DNA of 64,000 nucleotides from a virus (IMGVR_UViG_3300040758_000214:79061-143060), one strand, 5' to 3'. Shown: positions 45,290-53,315, numbered from the stretch's first letter. Notes: a model not told the origin generated them from the sequence alone. A program made the numbers and translations.

Positions 45290-45625
45290 TTACAAATATT
45301 TCATTGCTAAAACTACGGCTTCTGATATATAACCAATAATTTTAGAAGCTAAACTTACATCTGAAATTATTACTTTAATGTTATCTTCTTCGATTTGAAG
45401 GGTTGACGCTTGTGCCTTTAAAGCAGCTGTAGCATTAACAAAATCAATATCATCTTGTATTGTCTGAGTATGTAAAAGTTGTGATAAATAGGAATCGAGT
45501 TGACTATATTCCATACTTATTTTCATTATAGCTACAGGATCTGTTGAATTTCTTCCTGCTTGAATCAATAAACTTTGAGCTGATCTTATTGGTTCAATTA
45601 TTTTTAATATATCTTGCTTTGCCAT
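45290..45625 (-). CDS. hypothetical helical protein
   Basis: 111-aa ORF coupled to the lipoprotein gene. Confidence 0.65.
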   Translation of the reverse strand: MAKQDILKIIEPIRSAQSLLIQAGRNSTDPVAIMKISMEYSQLDSYLSQLLHTQTIQDDIDFVNATAALKAQASTLQIEEDNIKVIISDVSLASKIIGYISEAVVLAMKYL

Positions 45626-45638
45626 TTATTTGTTCCTT

Positions 45639-46550
45639 TCATTTAGATGGAGTTGTGGCTTTTAATGCATTTTTAGATATTGAAATTAAATTATTTATAC
45701 TAGGAAGTATATCTGCAGTATTTGCATTAGCAATTGCTTTATTTGCAACTAAAATTGCATCTAACGTATTATTCATTTGTTCTGCTGCATTGTCTGAAGT
45801 TGTTAAATCAAAATTTGTTTGGGATATTAATCTTTCTCCAAATGGATTTATTGATTGTAAAATTTTTCTTGATTGCATTATATCAAAGAAACTCATATTA
45901 CTTTTATTTTCATGACTCTTTGATATAATCCATCTTAGATTTATTTCAACTTTATCCATTTTACTATCAATATTTTGAGCAAGACTTGAGTTTTCACTTT
46001 TTAAATCTTTTACAATTGTTTCTAAATATGGTTGCATTGCAGTTGCAGAACTTTTAACTTCTGTAAATTTTTTATGGTCTAAAATCATATCTGTAATAGC
46101 AATCATTGCCACTTTAATTCCTGTTGTAATTTCAGAATTAAGAGTTTGCGTTTTATATGTTTTAATTGTATTACTTATATCACCTACCATTTCAGAATCT
46201 AAAGCTGTATCATCATTAGTTGCAAGGACTTTCATTTTGTCTGCATATAATGTTAAAGTATCCATTAAAGTCTGACGTATTTTTATTTGGTCATCTGTTA
46301 AAAGTATAGGATTACATTTTCCTGATATATCAAAAGTAGTTCCATTTCCATTTGAATATTCAAATGCTTGTGTATAAAATCCTGTAACACAATCCATTGT
46401 TTGTACTGCCTTAAAAAAATTCATCTCAGATGTTGCTAAAGAATGTACCCCAGTACTAAATTGAGCTATAGGGGACTGAATTTGCATAAGTCCGCATCCA
46501 TTTAAAATTACTGTTAATAAAAAAACATATACTAATTTATAACTTTTCAT
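45639..46550 (-). CDS. putative lipoprotein
   Basis: Signal peptide with lipobox LNGC. Confidence 0.75.
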   Translation of the reverse strand: MKSYKLVYVFLLTVILNGCGLMQIQSPIAQFSTGVHSLATSEMNFFKAVQTMDCVTGFYTQAFEYSNGNGTTFDISGKCNPILLTDDQIKIRQTLMDTLTLYADKMKVLATNDDTALDSEMVGDISNTIKTYKTQTLNSEITTGIKVAMIAITDMILDHKKFTEVKSSATAMQPYLETIVKDLKSENSSLAQNIDSKMDKVEINLRWIISKSHENKSNMSFFDIMQSRKILQSINPFGERLISQTNFDLTTSDNAAEQMNNTLDAILVANKAIANANTADILPSINNLISISKNALKATTPSK

Positions 46551-46581
46551 TTTATTTGTCCTTTTTGTTTATTGATTCAAT

Positions 46582-46902
46582 TTACCAATAACCATTTAGA
46601 TGAGTGCGAATTTCTTTTTTTAAGTCATTCTCATCTGTTTCACGCCATTCACACCATCCCCAATCAGAAAATCTTATTGTATCTGAAAAACTACGATAGA
46701 ATTTACCATCTTTAAAAGAAAATCGGAGCATATTATGATAACCCCAATGATCATGTTTTATTTTATCTTTACAATTACAAGGTTCGTTGAAGTCAAGTAT
46801 TCCTTTTTCTTTTATCTCTTTTATAATATCTTTTACTTTAACGCCTCTAATTGCTTTTCGTTCATATGGAACTTCTTCAACCTCTTCTAATTCTTGTATC
46901 AT
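46582..46902 (-). CDS. hypothetical protein
   Basis: 106-aa ORF with AGGAG RBS. Confidence 0.55.
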   Translation of the reverse strand: MIQELEEVEEVPYERKAIRGVKVKDIIKEIKEKGILDFNEPCNCKDKIKHDHWGYHNMLRFSFKDGKFYRSFSDTIRFSDWGWCEWRETDENDLKKEIRTHLNGYW

Positions 46903-46917
46903 TTAAATACTCCTTAA

Positions 46918-47349
46918 TTATTGATAATCTTCTGTTTGAATTATACCAAACTTATGAAAATATCTTAAAGGTCTCCACTTGTGCCCCTGCACAAGAAATC
47001 CCCATTTTTGGTATGGTCTCCCACAAAATATAATTGTCCATGCACCTTCTTTAGGAATATCTAGATAATGCAATTGTGTAGCTTTCATTTTTCTTGGATG
47101 CCATGCAGTTGCTTCAAATGTTCCTTCTGGTGTTACATTTTTATATTTACCTTTTATAATTATTGAAATTAAATCACATGAGTGATCATGAAAATATCTT
47201 CTATCATCAGATTTTATCCAATGATGAAGTCGTATAGAATAACCAAATAAAATTAATGTCCATCTATAAAGATAAGGACATTCTTTATATCCTAATTTCT
47301 CTTTCCATCTTATTTGAAATATTGTTCCAAATTTATTATATGGTTTCAT
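46918..47349 (-). CDS. cupin-like phage protein
   Basis: YLYRW...IRLHH...SDD.R..HDH......SIIIKG.Y...H......WTI...G...KWGF. Confidence 0.75.
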   Translation of the reverse strand: MKPYNKFGTIFQIRWKEKLGYKECPYLYRWTLILFGYSIRLHHWIKSDDRRYFHDHSCDLISIIIKGKYKNVTPEGTFEATAWHPRKMKATQLHYLDIPKEGAWTIIFCGRPYQKWGFLVQGHKWRPLRYFHKFGIIQTEDYQ

Positions 47350-47576
47350 TTTAATTCTTTCAATTTAATTTCATAAATCATTATATCAAATTCAATTAAT
47401 TCTTTTAGTCTATAATAGCCATCACACATTCTATGAGGACAACAATCTCCTTTTTCTTCGATAATCATTAATGTTGTTTTAAGATCTTTTATTTTTTCTT
47501 TAATACTTATAAATTTTTTATCAAGTCTTTTCATATCTTCTATCTTTTCTTTTTCACTTATAAATTCTTCATTCAT
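47346..47576 (-). CDS. hypothetical protein
   Basis: 76-aa ORF. Confidence 0.5.
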   Translation of the reverse strand: MNEEFISEKEKIEDMKRLDKKFISIKEKIKDLKTTLMIIEEKGDCCPHRMCDGYYRLKELIEFDIMIYEIKLKELK

Positions 47577-47594
47577 ATATTACCTCATATGATG

Positions 47595-47774
47595 TCAGTG
47601 CCCAAGGAATCGAACCTCGTACCTCCCACATGTGTTGGATAACGTCCAGCTCATTTTCAAAATAAATTTCTATCATTGGCCTAATGATCATCCTTCAAAT
47701 TTACTCACAAATCCTTTCATACATCCTCCCCGAAATTAATCGGATGGTCGCTCTCCCATCTGAGCTAGACACTG
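47595..47774 (-). ncRNA. tRNA-like RNA with ~110-nt insertion in place of the anticodon loop
   Basis: Acceptor CAGTGTC/GGCACTG-A, D-arm GCTC-AGATGGGA-GAGC, T-arm CGAGG-TTCGATT-CCTTG. Confidence 0.75.
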
Positions 47775-47782
47775 ATAAAATA

Positions 47783-47852
47783 TTTCCTGAATGGATGTCT
47801 CCCAGGTCCTCGGGCCCCCAGTATATTTAATATACTCATCCATTCAGGAAAA
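47783..47852. ncRNA. candidate small structured RNA
   Basis: 15-bp perfect terminal inverted repeat TTTCCTGAATGGATG / CATCCATTCAGGAAA enclosing small hairpins. Confidence 0.5.
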
Positions 47853-47971
47853 CTTAATATTTTAACTTCACCCCTGCTTTAGATTCCGCTAAAGCTTTAA
47901 CGGACTGGTCGTCCGAACCATTTGTCTCGCCAGAGTTATTTGTGAATTATTGTTCACAAAACATATCACTG

Positions 47972-48046
47972 GGTACTTGAACACCAGCTCCCTTCACACC
48001 AGTCCTCGGTTAACGACCGGGAATCGAACCCGTACTATCGAATACC
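47972..48046 (-). ncRNA. YrlA-like (Y RNA-type) tRNA mimic candidate
   Basis: Closing stem GGTATTCGA/TCAAGTACC around T-arm CGGG-TTCGATT-CCCG, GTC...GAC hairpin, D-like TGGTGTGAAGGGAGC. Confidence 0.5.
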
Positions 48047-48435
48047 TATAGAGAATCTGCAAGTTTCTTAAGATCCTCAAGAGAAGATCCTGCAAGTTGT
48101 TCATTCTCCTTCTGTGCGATGATTGAAAGGATTTGTTGTTTCTTTTCTTTATTGGATCTTGCAAGAGCAGCAGCTTCATTTTCAACCAAACGAACTTCAA
48201 TGATATGTTTTACAATATCAAACTTCAATTGAATCATTGCGTCTGATTTATTTTCCTTGTTAACAAAGGATATATCATCTCCACTTTTTAATTGATGGTG
48301 AAGATCTATAGCAATTGCATCCAAATTAACTTTTCCTGTATTACTGGACAAAGGAATATCCCATAGATCTTCAATACTTAAAAGACCTTTTGGTGAATCG
48401 AAACGAACTTTAAGTCGTGAGGCTTTTTCAAACAT
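48046..48435 (-). CDS. conserved phage hypothetical protein
   Basis: MFEKASRLKVRF.S.KG.LS.EDLWD.PL pattern; partner of the upstream 674-aa gene. Confidence 0.75.
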   Translation of the reverse strand: MFEKASRLKVRFDSPKGLLSIEDLWDIPLSSNTGKVNLDAIAIDLHHQLKSGDDISFVNKENKSDAMIQLKFDIVKHIIEVRLVENEAAALARSNKEKKQQILSIIAQKENEQLAGSSLEDLKKLADSL

Positions 48436-48445
48436 GATTTTCTCC

Positions 48446-50470
48446 TTAGAAATTAATTTTTATGGTGCGGGTAAAGGCACCTTTAACTCTACATAATACA
48501 CTATTCCGTTGTGTTGATGAGAACCCGAGGCCACTTAATTGATCCTGTGATTCTTCTGTTTTCATCTTTGATCCTACTACTTCAAAAACCTTACGATGTT
48601 CATTTAGTTCCTCAGTAAGAAACTCATTGAAAAACCCTCGTGCTTTTCCATCATTTAGACACCCATTGATCATAAAAAAGTAATGTTTATTTCCCACAGC
48701 TTTTTCATCCCAATGGTTCGGAGAATTCATAATTACAGAGACTTTATTAAAGACATTCGTAGATATTCCCCATACTTCCTTTACAGCATTAGATGATGGA
48801 AGAGATTGAATAAATTCAATCCCCTTAGAATGTGAATATTTCAATTCTGCAACCACAACTATATCACCAGTCTTCATAGGTTTAGGATAAAAGAAATGAT
48901 GTATAGTACCCATAAAGTCAATCTCTACTTCGAATCCTACATCTGTAGTCTTACGTCGATTGTACTGGTGAACAAACAGTTTATATATACCTTCTTTCAT
49001 GATGTTTTTACTTGTATAGTATATATTTTCAACGGGATCTTTCATAATCCCATCCCCACCATTTGCATCTATATCCAGAATTCCTCCACATGGAGATTTC
49101 CTTCTTTTATTTCCAAATTCTATTTCGTATCTTCCTGGTTCAACCATATGGAAATCCAAGTCATCTTCATTATACCATGCCAATCTACAACAAAGATCTC
49201 CTGTTACATTCCCTCCCGCTTTTTTGACTCTCTCCTTAATAGAGTCTGTTAATTCACCATTATAAGACCAACTAAAAGAATTTGGCCACTTAAATAGTTT
49301 TTTAGCTGTTGGATCAACTGGAGCAATGAGACTCATTAAATTTCCAGTATGTTTATTTTCCATCATTATTTCAATAGAATCAGCTTTAGGTACTACATCT
49401 GAGATGAATTTATCAATAGTGATCTCTTCAATTTTATCAAGATTCTTGATTTTATCAGGAACCTGTGATACCATATCATCGAATATATCACCAGACATTC
49501 CCTTACGAGCTTCCCGATTTGCAAAAATAATATTATTGATTGTAATATCTTTAATAGTTGCAAATCTTCTCTCAAGTGCTGAAGTGAGACCAAGTTCTTC
49601 AATCTTCTTTCTGGCTTGCTCTATCATTCCCTTAGTAATCAGAGCTGTAGGTCTCTTGTAATTGGTTGGAGCAACTTTAGATTCAAATGATCCAACAGAT
49701 GGTTCCAAATCTTTACCTTCCGATAAATCAATAAGAAGGCTTCCAATTACAGTGTTTCGGATTTTAGACACTGATTCTGGCAATGTACTTATCTTTGACC
49801 AAACAAAAATATCCTTCTCTTCATTATTCTTGAATTTATCAAATTCTTTTTTCACCTTTTTGAATACTTTAACAACAAATGTGTGTTCTTCTCCACGATA
49901 TAGAGAGTTTTGACTTATCAACTCTAAAACCATATCTATAGATTCATTTGTAATCTCTACAAGACTACGAAAAAGAACATTATGTAAAGATCTTGACTCC
50001 GATAGTCTTCCGCCAATATCAATTTTACTACATACACACTCAGTTGGAATATTAACAAAAAAGTGTTCCCAAGTTTTAACACCTTCTATGAGTTGTTGAA
50101 AGTTCTTGTCTGTTCCTGCAGTTTTTTCAGTATGTAAAAAAACATTCTCTATTGGCCGAGATTTTACCAATTCTGATAATGCAGATGCTACGACTTTGTA
50201 TGCAGGATCATTGACTTGAACATCCCAGATACTTTCAATTTTTCCATCCACAATAGCAACCATATCTCCAATTGCACGAATAAATTGTTTACAACAATTA
50301 CAATCATGATTAGTTCTTTCCTTATATATTGGATTAGTCCCAGATGGAAAGCTATTTAGATATGTTTCCCATAATAGATTCTTATCAATCTGTACTCTGA
50401 AAAGCTCATATTTCTTTAGCCTATTTAATTGTTGTGCTACCGCTATTTTTAATTCTCTAAACATCATCAC
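48446..50470 (-). CDS. conserved large phage protein (HDCNCC motif; C-terminal DUF2135/YfaP-like segment)
   Basis: HDCNCCKQFI; 'LAW...DDLDFH..EP....I.F......GG.LDIDAN...PVENI'. Confidence 0.75.
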   Translation of the reverse strand: MMMFRELKIAVAQQLNRLKKYELFRVQIDKNLLWETYLNSFPSGTNPIYKERTNHDCNCCKQFIRAIGDMVAIVDGKIESIWDVQVNDPAYKVVASALSELVKSRPIENVFLHTEKTAGTDKNFQQLIEGVKTWEHFFVNIPTECVCSKIDIGGRLSESRSLHNVLFRSLVEITNESIDMVLELISQNSLYRGEEHTFVVKVFKKVKKEFDKFKNNEEKDIFVWSKISTLPESVSKIRNTVIGSLLIDLSEGKDLEPSVGSFESKVAPTNYKRPTALITKGMIEQARKKIEELGLTSALERRFATIKDITINNIIFANREARKGMSGDIFDDMVSQVPDKIKNLDKIEEITIDKFISDVVPKADSIEIMMENKHTGNLMSLIAPVDPTAKKLFKWPNSFSWSYNGELTDSIKERVKKAGGNVTGDLCCRLAWYNEDDLDFHMVEPGRYEIEFGNKRRKSPCGGILDIDANGGDGIMKDPVENIYYTSKNIMKEGIYKLFVHQYNRRKTTDVGFEVEIDFMGTIHHFFYPKPMKTGDIVVVAELKYSHSKGIEFIQSLPSSNAVKEVWGISTNVFNKVSVIMNSPNHWDEKAVGNKHYFFMINGCLNDGKARGFFNEFLTEELNEHRKVFEVVGSKMKTEESQDQLSGLGFSSTQRNSVLCRVKGAFTRTIKINF

Positions 50471-50611
50471 AATTCTCCTTTTTAAAATAATTGTACTATT
50501 TGGTAATAATACATCCCCGTCTCTATCTTATCGCTGATTGAGTCAGCCCCAAGTCTGGTGGGTTAACGAGAATAACATAATCAACCTCTCACAGTTGATC
50601 TTACTATAAAA

Positions 50612-50690
50612 TGGTTGCTGAGGAATGATTTGAACATCCGACATGCGGGATTAATGGACCCGTTGCTCTACCTGACTGAGCTACTCAGCA
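50612..50690 (-). tRNA. atypical tRNA with 9-nt anticodon loop (TCCATTAAT; Met-CAU-like, identity undetermined)
   Basis: TGCTGAG/CTCAGCA-A-CCA, D-arm GCTC-AGTCAGGTA-GAGC, CGGG-loop-CCCG, TTCAAAT. Confidence 0.75.
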
Positions 50691-50756
50691 ATAAATCTTA
50701 ATATTCTAGATCAGGCTTTATGACTTCTATTTTGAATCGATCTAGAAGGACTTTAA

Positions 50757-50832
50757 TGGCGATGGTGATGGGGATCAAACCCCCGACTTTTGGTTAGACA
50801 GACCAATACTCTATCAACTGAGTTACACCGCC
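50757..50832 (-). tRNA. tRNA-Asp(GUC), divergent
   Basis: TTGGT-CTGTCTA-ACCAA; G73-CCA; C3:A70 mismatch, T-loop TTTGATC, D-loop lacks GG. Confidence 0.8.
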
Positions 50833-50836
50833 AAAT

Positions 50837-51055
50837 TTATTTATTATAAATCATTTCTGCTATTTCTAATATACATCTAAGCTCTTTAAAAGATAAAGTA
50901 TCATCAATTACGATACATGTATCATAAAATACTATATATTTTTCAAGAAAAGGATAATCTGTGCATTCATTTGTATATGTAGCTTCTTTATCTAATTCAT
51001 ACTTTTTTATTATTTCTAAAGCTTTAATTTGAGTTTCATTATCTAATGCAAACAT
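50837..51055 (-). CDS. hypothetical protein (72 aa)
   Basis: Start moved to ATG 51055 after AGGAG; the longer call overlaps tRNA-Leu. Confidence 0.6.
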   Translation of the reverse strand: MFALDNETQIKALEIIKKYELDKEATYTNECTDYPFLEKYIVFYDTCIVIDDTLSFKELRCILEIAEMIYNK

Positions 51056-51076
51056 ATTAACTCCTTTCTTTTTTAA

Positions 51077-51155
51077 TGGTACCCGGAGAGAGAGTTGAAC
51101 TCTCAGTTGTAGAGGGCTTAAACCTCTTGCGTCTGCCAGATTCCGCCACCCGGGC
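51077..51155 (-). tRNA. tRNA-Leu(UAA) with short variable arm
   Basis: GCCCGGG...GGCGGAATCTGGCAGACGC, AGAGG-TTTAAGC-CCTCT, A73-CCA. Confidence 0.9.
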
Positions 51156-51161
51156 AAAAAT

Positions 51162-51371
51162 TTAACTATTCATTTTATTATATATTCCAACAAAACATCC
51201 TCCAGATTGTTGAAATTTAGGTCCTTCTTTTGTCATTTTCAAATTACTTCCACATCTGAAGTTTATATGATAATCACTTCTGTCTTCTTTTTCGTCATTG
51301 CCCATTGATGTTTTACATTTACACCCAATACATTCAGTGATATCATTAATTGAATTATATGATTTAGACAT
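51162..51371 (-). CDS. hypothetical Cys-containing protein
   Basis: 69-aa ORF. Confidence 0.5.
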   Translation of the reverse strand: MSKSYNSINDITECIGCKCKTSMGNDEKEDRSDYHINFRCGSNLKMTKEGPKFQQSGGCFVGIYNKMNS

Positions 51372-51381
51372 AATTTTTCCT

Positions 51382-51576
51382 TTAATAAAACCTTTCTGGA
51401 ATCCACTTTGGACAAAATGTACTTGTCATTCTAGTTCCACAAGGTGAATCCCACAAAACAGTTCTCCAACCTCTTACTTCAATTATTTTCATTGGCATAT
51501 TAGTGAATGAATCAATCATCCAATTATGCCAAACTTTACTAAAAATCCAAATTACAAATTTATTTTTAGTTCTCAT
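51382..51576 (-). CDS. hypothetical protein
   Basis: 64-aa ORF with RBS. Confidence 0.5.
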   Translation of the reverse strand: MRTKNKFVIWIFSKVWHNWMIDSFTNMPMKIIEVRGWRTVLWDSPCGTRMTSTFCPKWIPERFY

Positions 51577-51601
51577 ATTTAATTCCTTAAAAATATTTTA
51601 A

Positions 51602-51685
51602 TGGTGGGTAATCAAGGATTCGAACCTCGGTGCATTTCTGACCTGATCTACAGTCAGGCGCCTTCAACCACTCGGCCAATTACCC
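51602..51685 (-). tRNA. tRNA-Tyr(GUA)
   Basis: GGGTAAT/ATTACCC-A-CCA, CCTGA-CTGTAGA-TCAGG, long variable arm, TTCGAAT. Confidence 0.95.
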
Positions 51686-51692
51686 AAATATT

Positions 51693-51767
51693 TATAGATT
51701 GAATATCCCATTCCGTTATCCGAGTCCCGTCCGAGAACATAGATGTATATAGGTCGGTCAATCTATA
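51693..51767. ncRNA. candidate small structured RNA
   Basis: TATAGATTGA / TCAATCTATA terminal inverted repeat. Confidence 0.4.
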
Positions 51768-51772
51768 CTTTT

Positions 51773-52007
51773 AATTTATTACCATTCAAGATTTTCTGAT
51801 TTCCGACCGAAGGTGTTTTCATTCGGATTTCTCTTGCCGGAGACGGTCGATTTGTCTAGGTATCAAGAAATCATATCGAGGGAATTCAATCCCGCAAATT
51901 GACATGAGTGCGCACTCTTCTTGATACATCTATAATCCTTGGCAAAATTATAGATTTTGTCGACCCTATAATCGTAGAAATCAGAAAATCTTGAATAGTA
52001 ATAAATT
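51773..52007. ncRNA. candidate multibranched ncRNA closed by a ~31-bp stem
   Basis: AATTTATTACCATTCAAGATTTTCTGATTTC / GAAATCAGAAAATCTTGAATAGTAATAAATT plus at least five nested helices. Confidence 0.65.
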
Positions 52008-52199
52008 TTAAACTTTACTTTTCAATTCATTTAATTCTTTCATAATTAATTTATTCTTTTCTTTTTCTATTTTCAACTCAATACGATATTCATTACTAAT
52101 ATGTGCCCAATAATGAATTGCTTTAACAAGAAATTCTCTGGAAATTTTATATCCTTTTGGTCCAATAAATCTTTTCTTTCGTTTTAGAGGGTTATTCAT
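52008..52199 (-). CDS. hypothetical protein
   Basis: 63-aa ORF with GGAGG RBS. Confidence 0.55.
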   Translation of the reverse strand: MNNPLKRKKRFIGPKGYKISREFLVKAIHYWAHISNEYRIELKIEKEKNKLIMKELNELKSKV

Positions 52200-52220
52200 A
52201 ATTCCTCCAATTTTAATTAA

Positions 52221-52286
52221 TCCTTGGATTCACCTAACCTGTTATCCAGAACTATCCCACCAGATAATCAGTGATGAATCCAAGGA
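52221..52286. ncRNA. candidate small structured RNA
   Basis: TCCTTGGATTCA / TGAATCCAAGGA 12-bp inverted repeat. Confidence 0.4.
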
Positions 52287-52294
52287 CTTTCAAA

Positions 52295-52378
52295 TCATGA
52301 TTCAACATTTCTCCATTTCCAAGTCAGATCTTTACATGAAGAAATGCAAAGATATTTCCACTTACATTCTTTACACAT
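52295..52378 (-). CDS. 27-aa Cys-rich peptide (not in ORF track)
   Basis: AGGAG RBS; MCKECKWKYLCISSCKDLTWKWRNVES. Confidence 0.5.
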   Translation of the reverse strand: MCKECKWKYLCISSCKDLTWKWRNVES

Positions 52379-52423
52379 AAAATTCTCCTTTATTTAAACT
52401 GAAATTATCAGCTAACTTACTTA

Positions 52424-52460
52424 AAGAAAGGGCCGGCCCCGTGAAAAGTCGACCCTTCTT
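52424..52460 (-). terminator. intrinsic terminator
   Basis: Minus strand AAGAAGGGTCGAC...GCCGGCCCTTTCTTT. Confidence 0.6.
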
Positions 52461-52495
52461 TCCTGGGTAGAGTTCCTCGTTTTTGTGTATTTATT

Positions 52496-52504
52496 TTATC
52501 GCAT
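52496..52504 (-). other. minigene ATG-CGA-TAA behind a near-perfect Shine-Dalgarno
   Basis: AGGAGGTGAGG ATG CGA TAA. Confidence 0.5.
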
Positions 52505-52525
52505 CCTCACCTCCTAAAAATTATT

Positions 52526-52640
52526 TTGCTTTGGGTTTAGCGGTGCTTCCATCCTATTAAGACCGGCAGCGTGACCTATGGACCCATAGCCCATATCCGC
52601 AGCGCGTACAAAATAGTGCCCTTCCAAAACCCAAAGCAAA
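52526..52640 (-). ncRNA. candidate structured RNA
   Basis: TTTGCTTTGGGTTT / AAACCCAAAGCAAA terminal stem, GC-rich interior. Confidence 0.5.
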
Positions 52641-52642
52641 CT

Positions 52643-53023
52643 TTATAATTGAGAATCCCAACCATAATGACCAAATCCATCTTTCTGATCTTTATGTGCT
52701 GGGTAATCTTTTATTGCGGCAGAATATATTGTTGCAAACTTTTTTGAATCACATATTATTCCTTCATATACATCCGCTGCTATATCATCAATTTCTTTAT
52801 ATCCTTCTTCCTGTAACTTATGGATTAAGAAATTATAAACTGTATCATCTTCAAGTAATCCTTCTTGATTATTTGCTTCCGTTATAAATTTTCTTAAATC
52901 ATTTCTCCATTCAGCTGTAGTTCTTTCATGGATGAAATACATAATTCCGTAACCTTTCAAAGAAAGTACAAATATTCTAATTCCTAACTTTCCTAGAAAT
53001 TTACTTAATTCATGATAATTCAT
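52643..53023 (-). CDS. hypothetical protein
   Basis: 126-aa ORF with AGGAG RBS. Confidence 0.6.
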   Translation of the reverse strand: MNYHELSKFLGKLGIRIFVLSLKGYGIMYFIHERTTAEWRNDLRKFITEANNQEGLLEDDTVYNFLIHKLQEEGYKEIDDIAADVYEGIICDSKKFATIYSAAIKDYPAHKDQKDGFGHYGWDSQL

Positions 53024-53042
53024 ATACTCTCCTTAAAAATTA

Positions 53043-53147
53043 TTTGGGTGTGAACATTGAACAACCTCTTATTGCCGCCTATGATTTAACATACGCCGTA
53101 GGTTTATCAACATCGCGAGTTCAAGTCACACCCAAACCAAAGCAAAC
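53043..53147 (-). ncRNA. candidate structured RNA
   Basis: TTTGGGTGTGA/TCACACCCAAA and TTGAAC/GTTCAA stems; shares 5' GTTTGCTTTGG with 52526..52640; promoter motif ~30 nt upstream. Confidence 0.5.
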
Positions 53148-53178
53148 CATAAACTTTATAAATATACCACTCATGGTA

Positions 53179-53193
53179 ATTAATATATATAGC
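53179..53193 (-). promoter_or_regulatory. putative phage promoter GCTATATATATTAAT
   Basis: Repeat of the motif at 44318. Confidence 0.65.
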
Positions 53194-53220
53194 AATTAAA
53201 TTTAAAACATATTTAATTTA

Positions 53221-53265
53221 AAAAATGGGACTCATCTAAAATATTGCTATTTTAAAATGAGTCCC
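53221..53265 (-). terminator. intrinsic terminator
   Basis: GGGACTCAT/ATGAGTCCC stem followed by a U-run on the minus strand. Confidence 0.7.
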
Positions 53266-53315
53266 CAAAGGAAGGAGCTAATATGAAATGATTACAAAAC
53301 CCTTTCACATTAGTT

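Noticed and set aside
47595-47774. Group I intron-containing tRNA
   Set aside because: Insert of ~110 nt is too short and no P7 core sequences were recognised
47994-48200. 68-aa minus-strand ORF, and the N-terminal extension of 50837..51157
   Set aside because: Alternative frame over a real gene and a T-arm; the extension runs through tRNA-Leu
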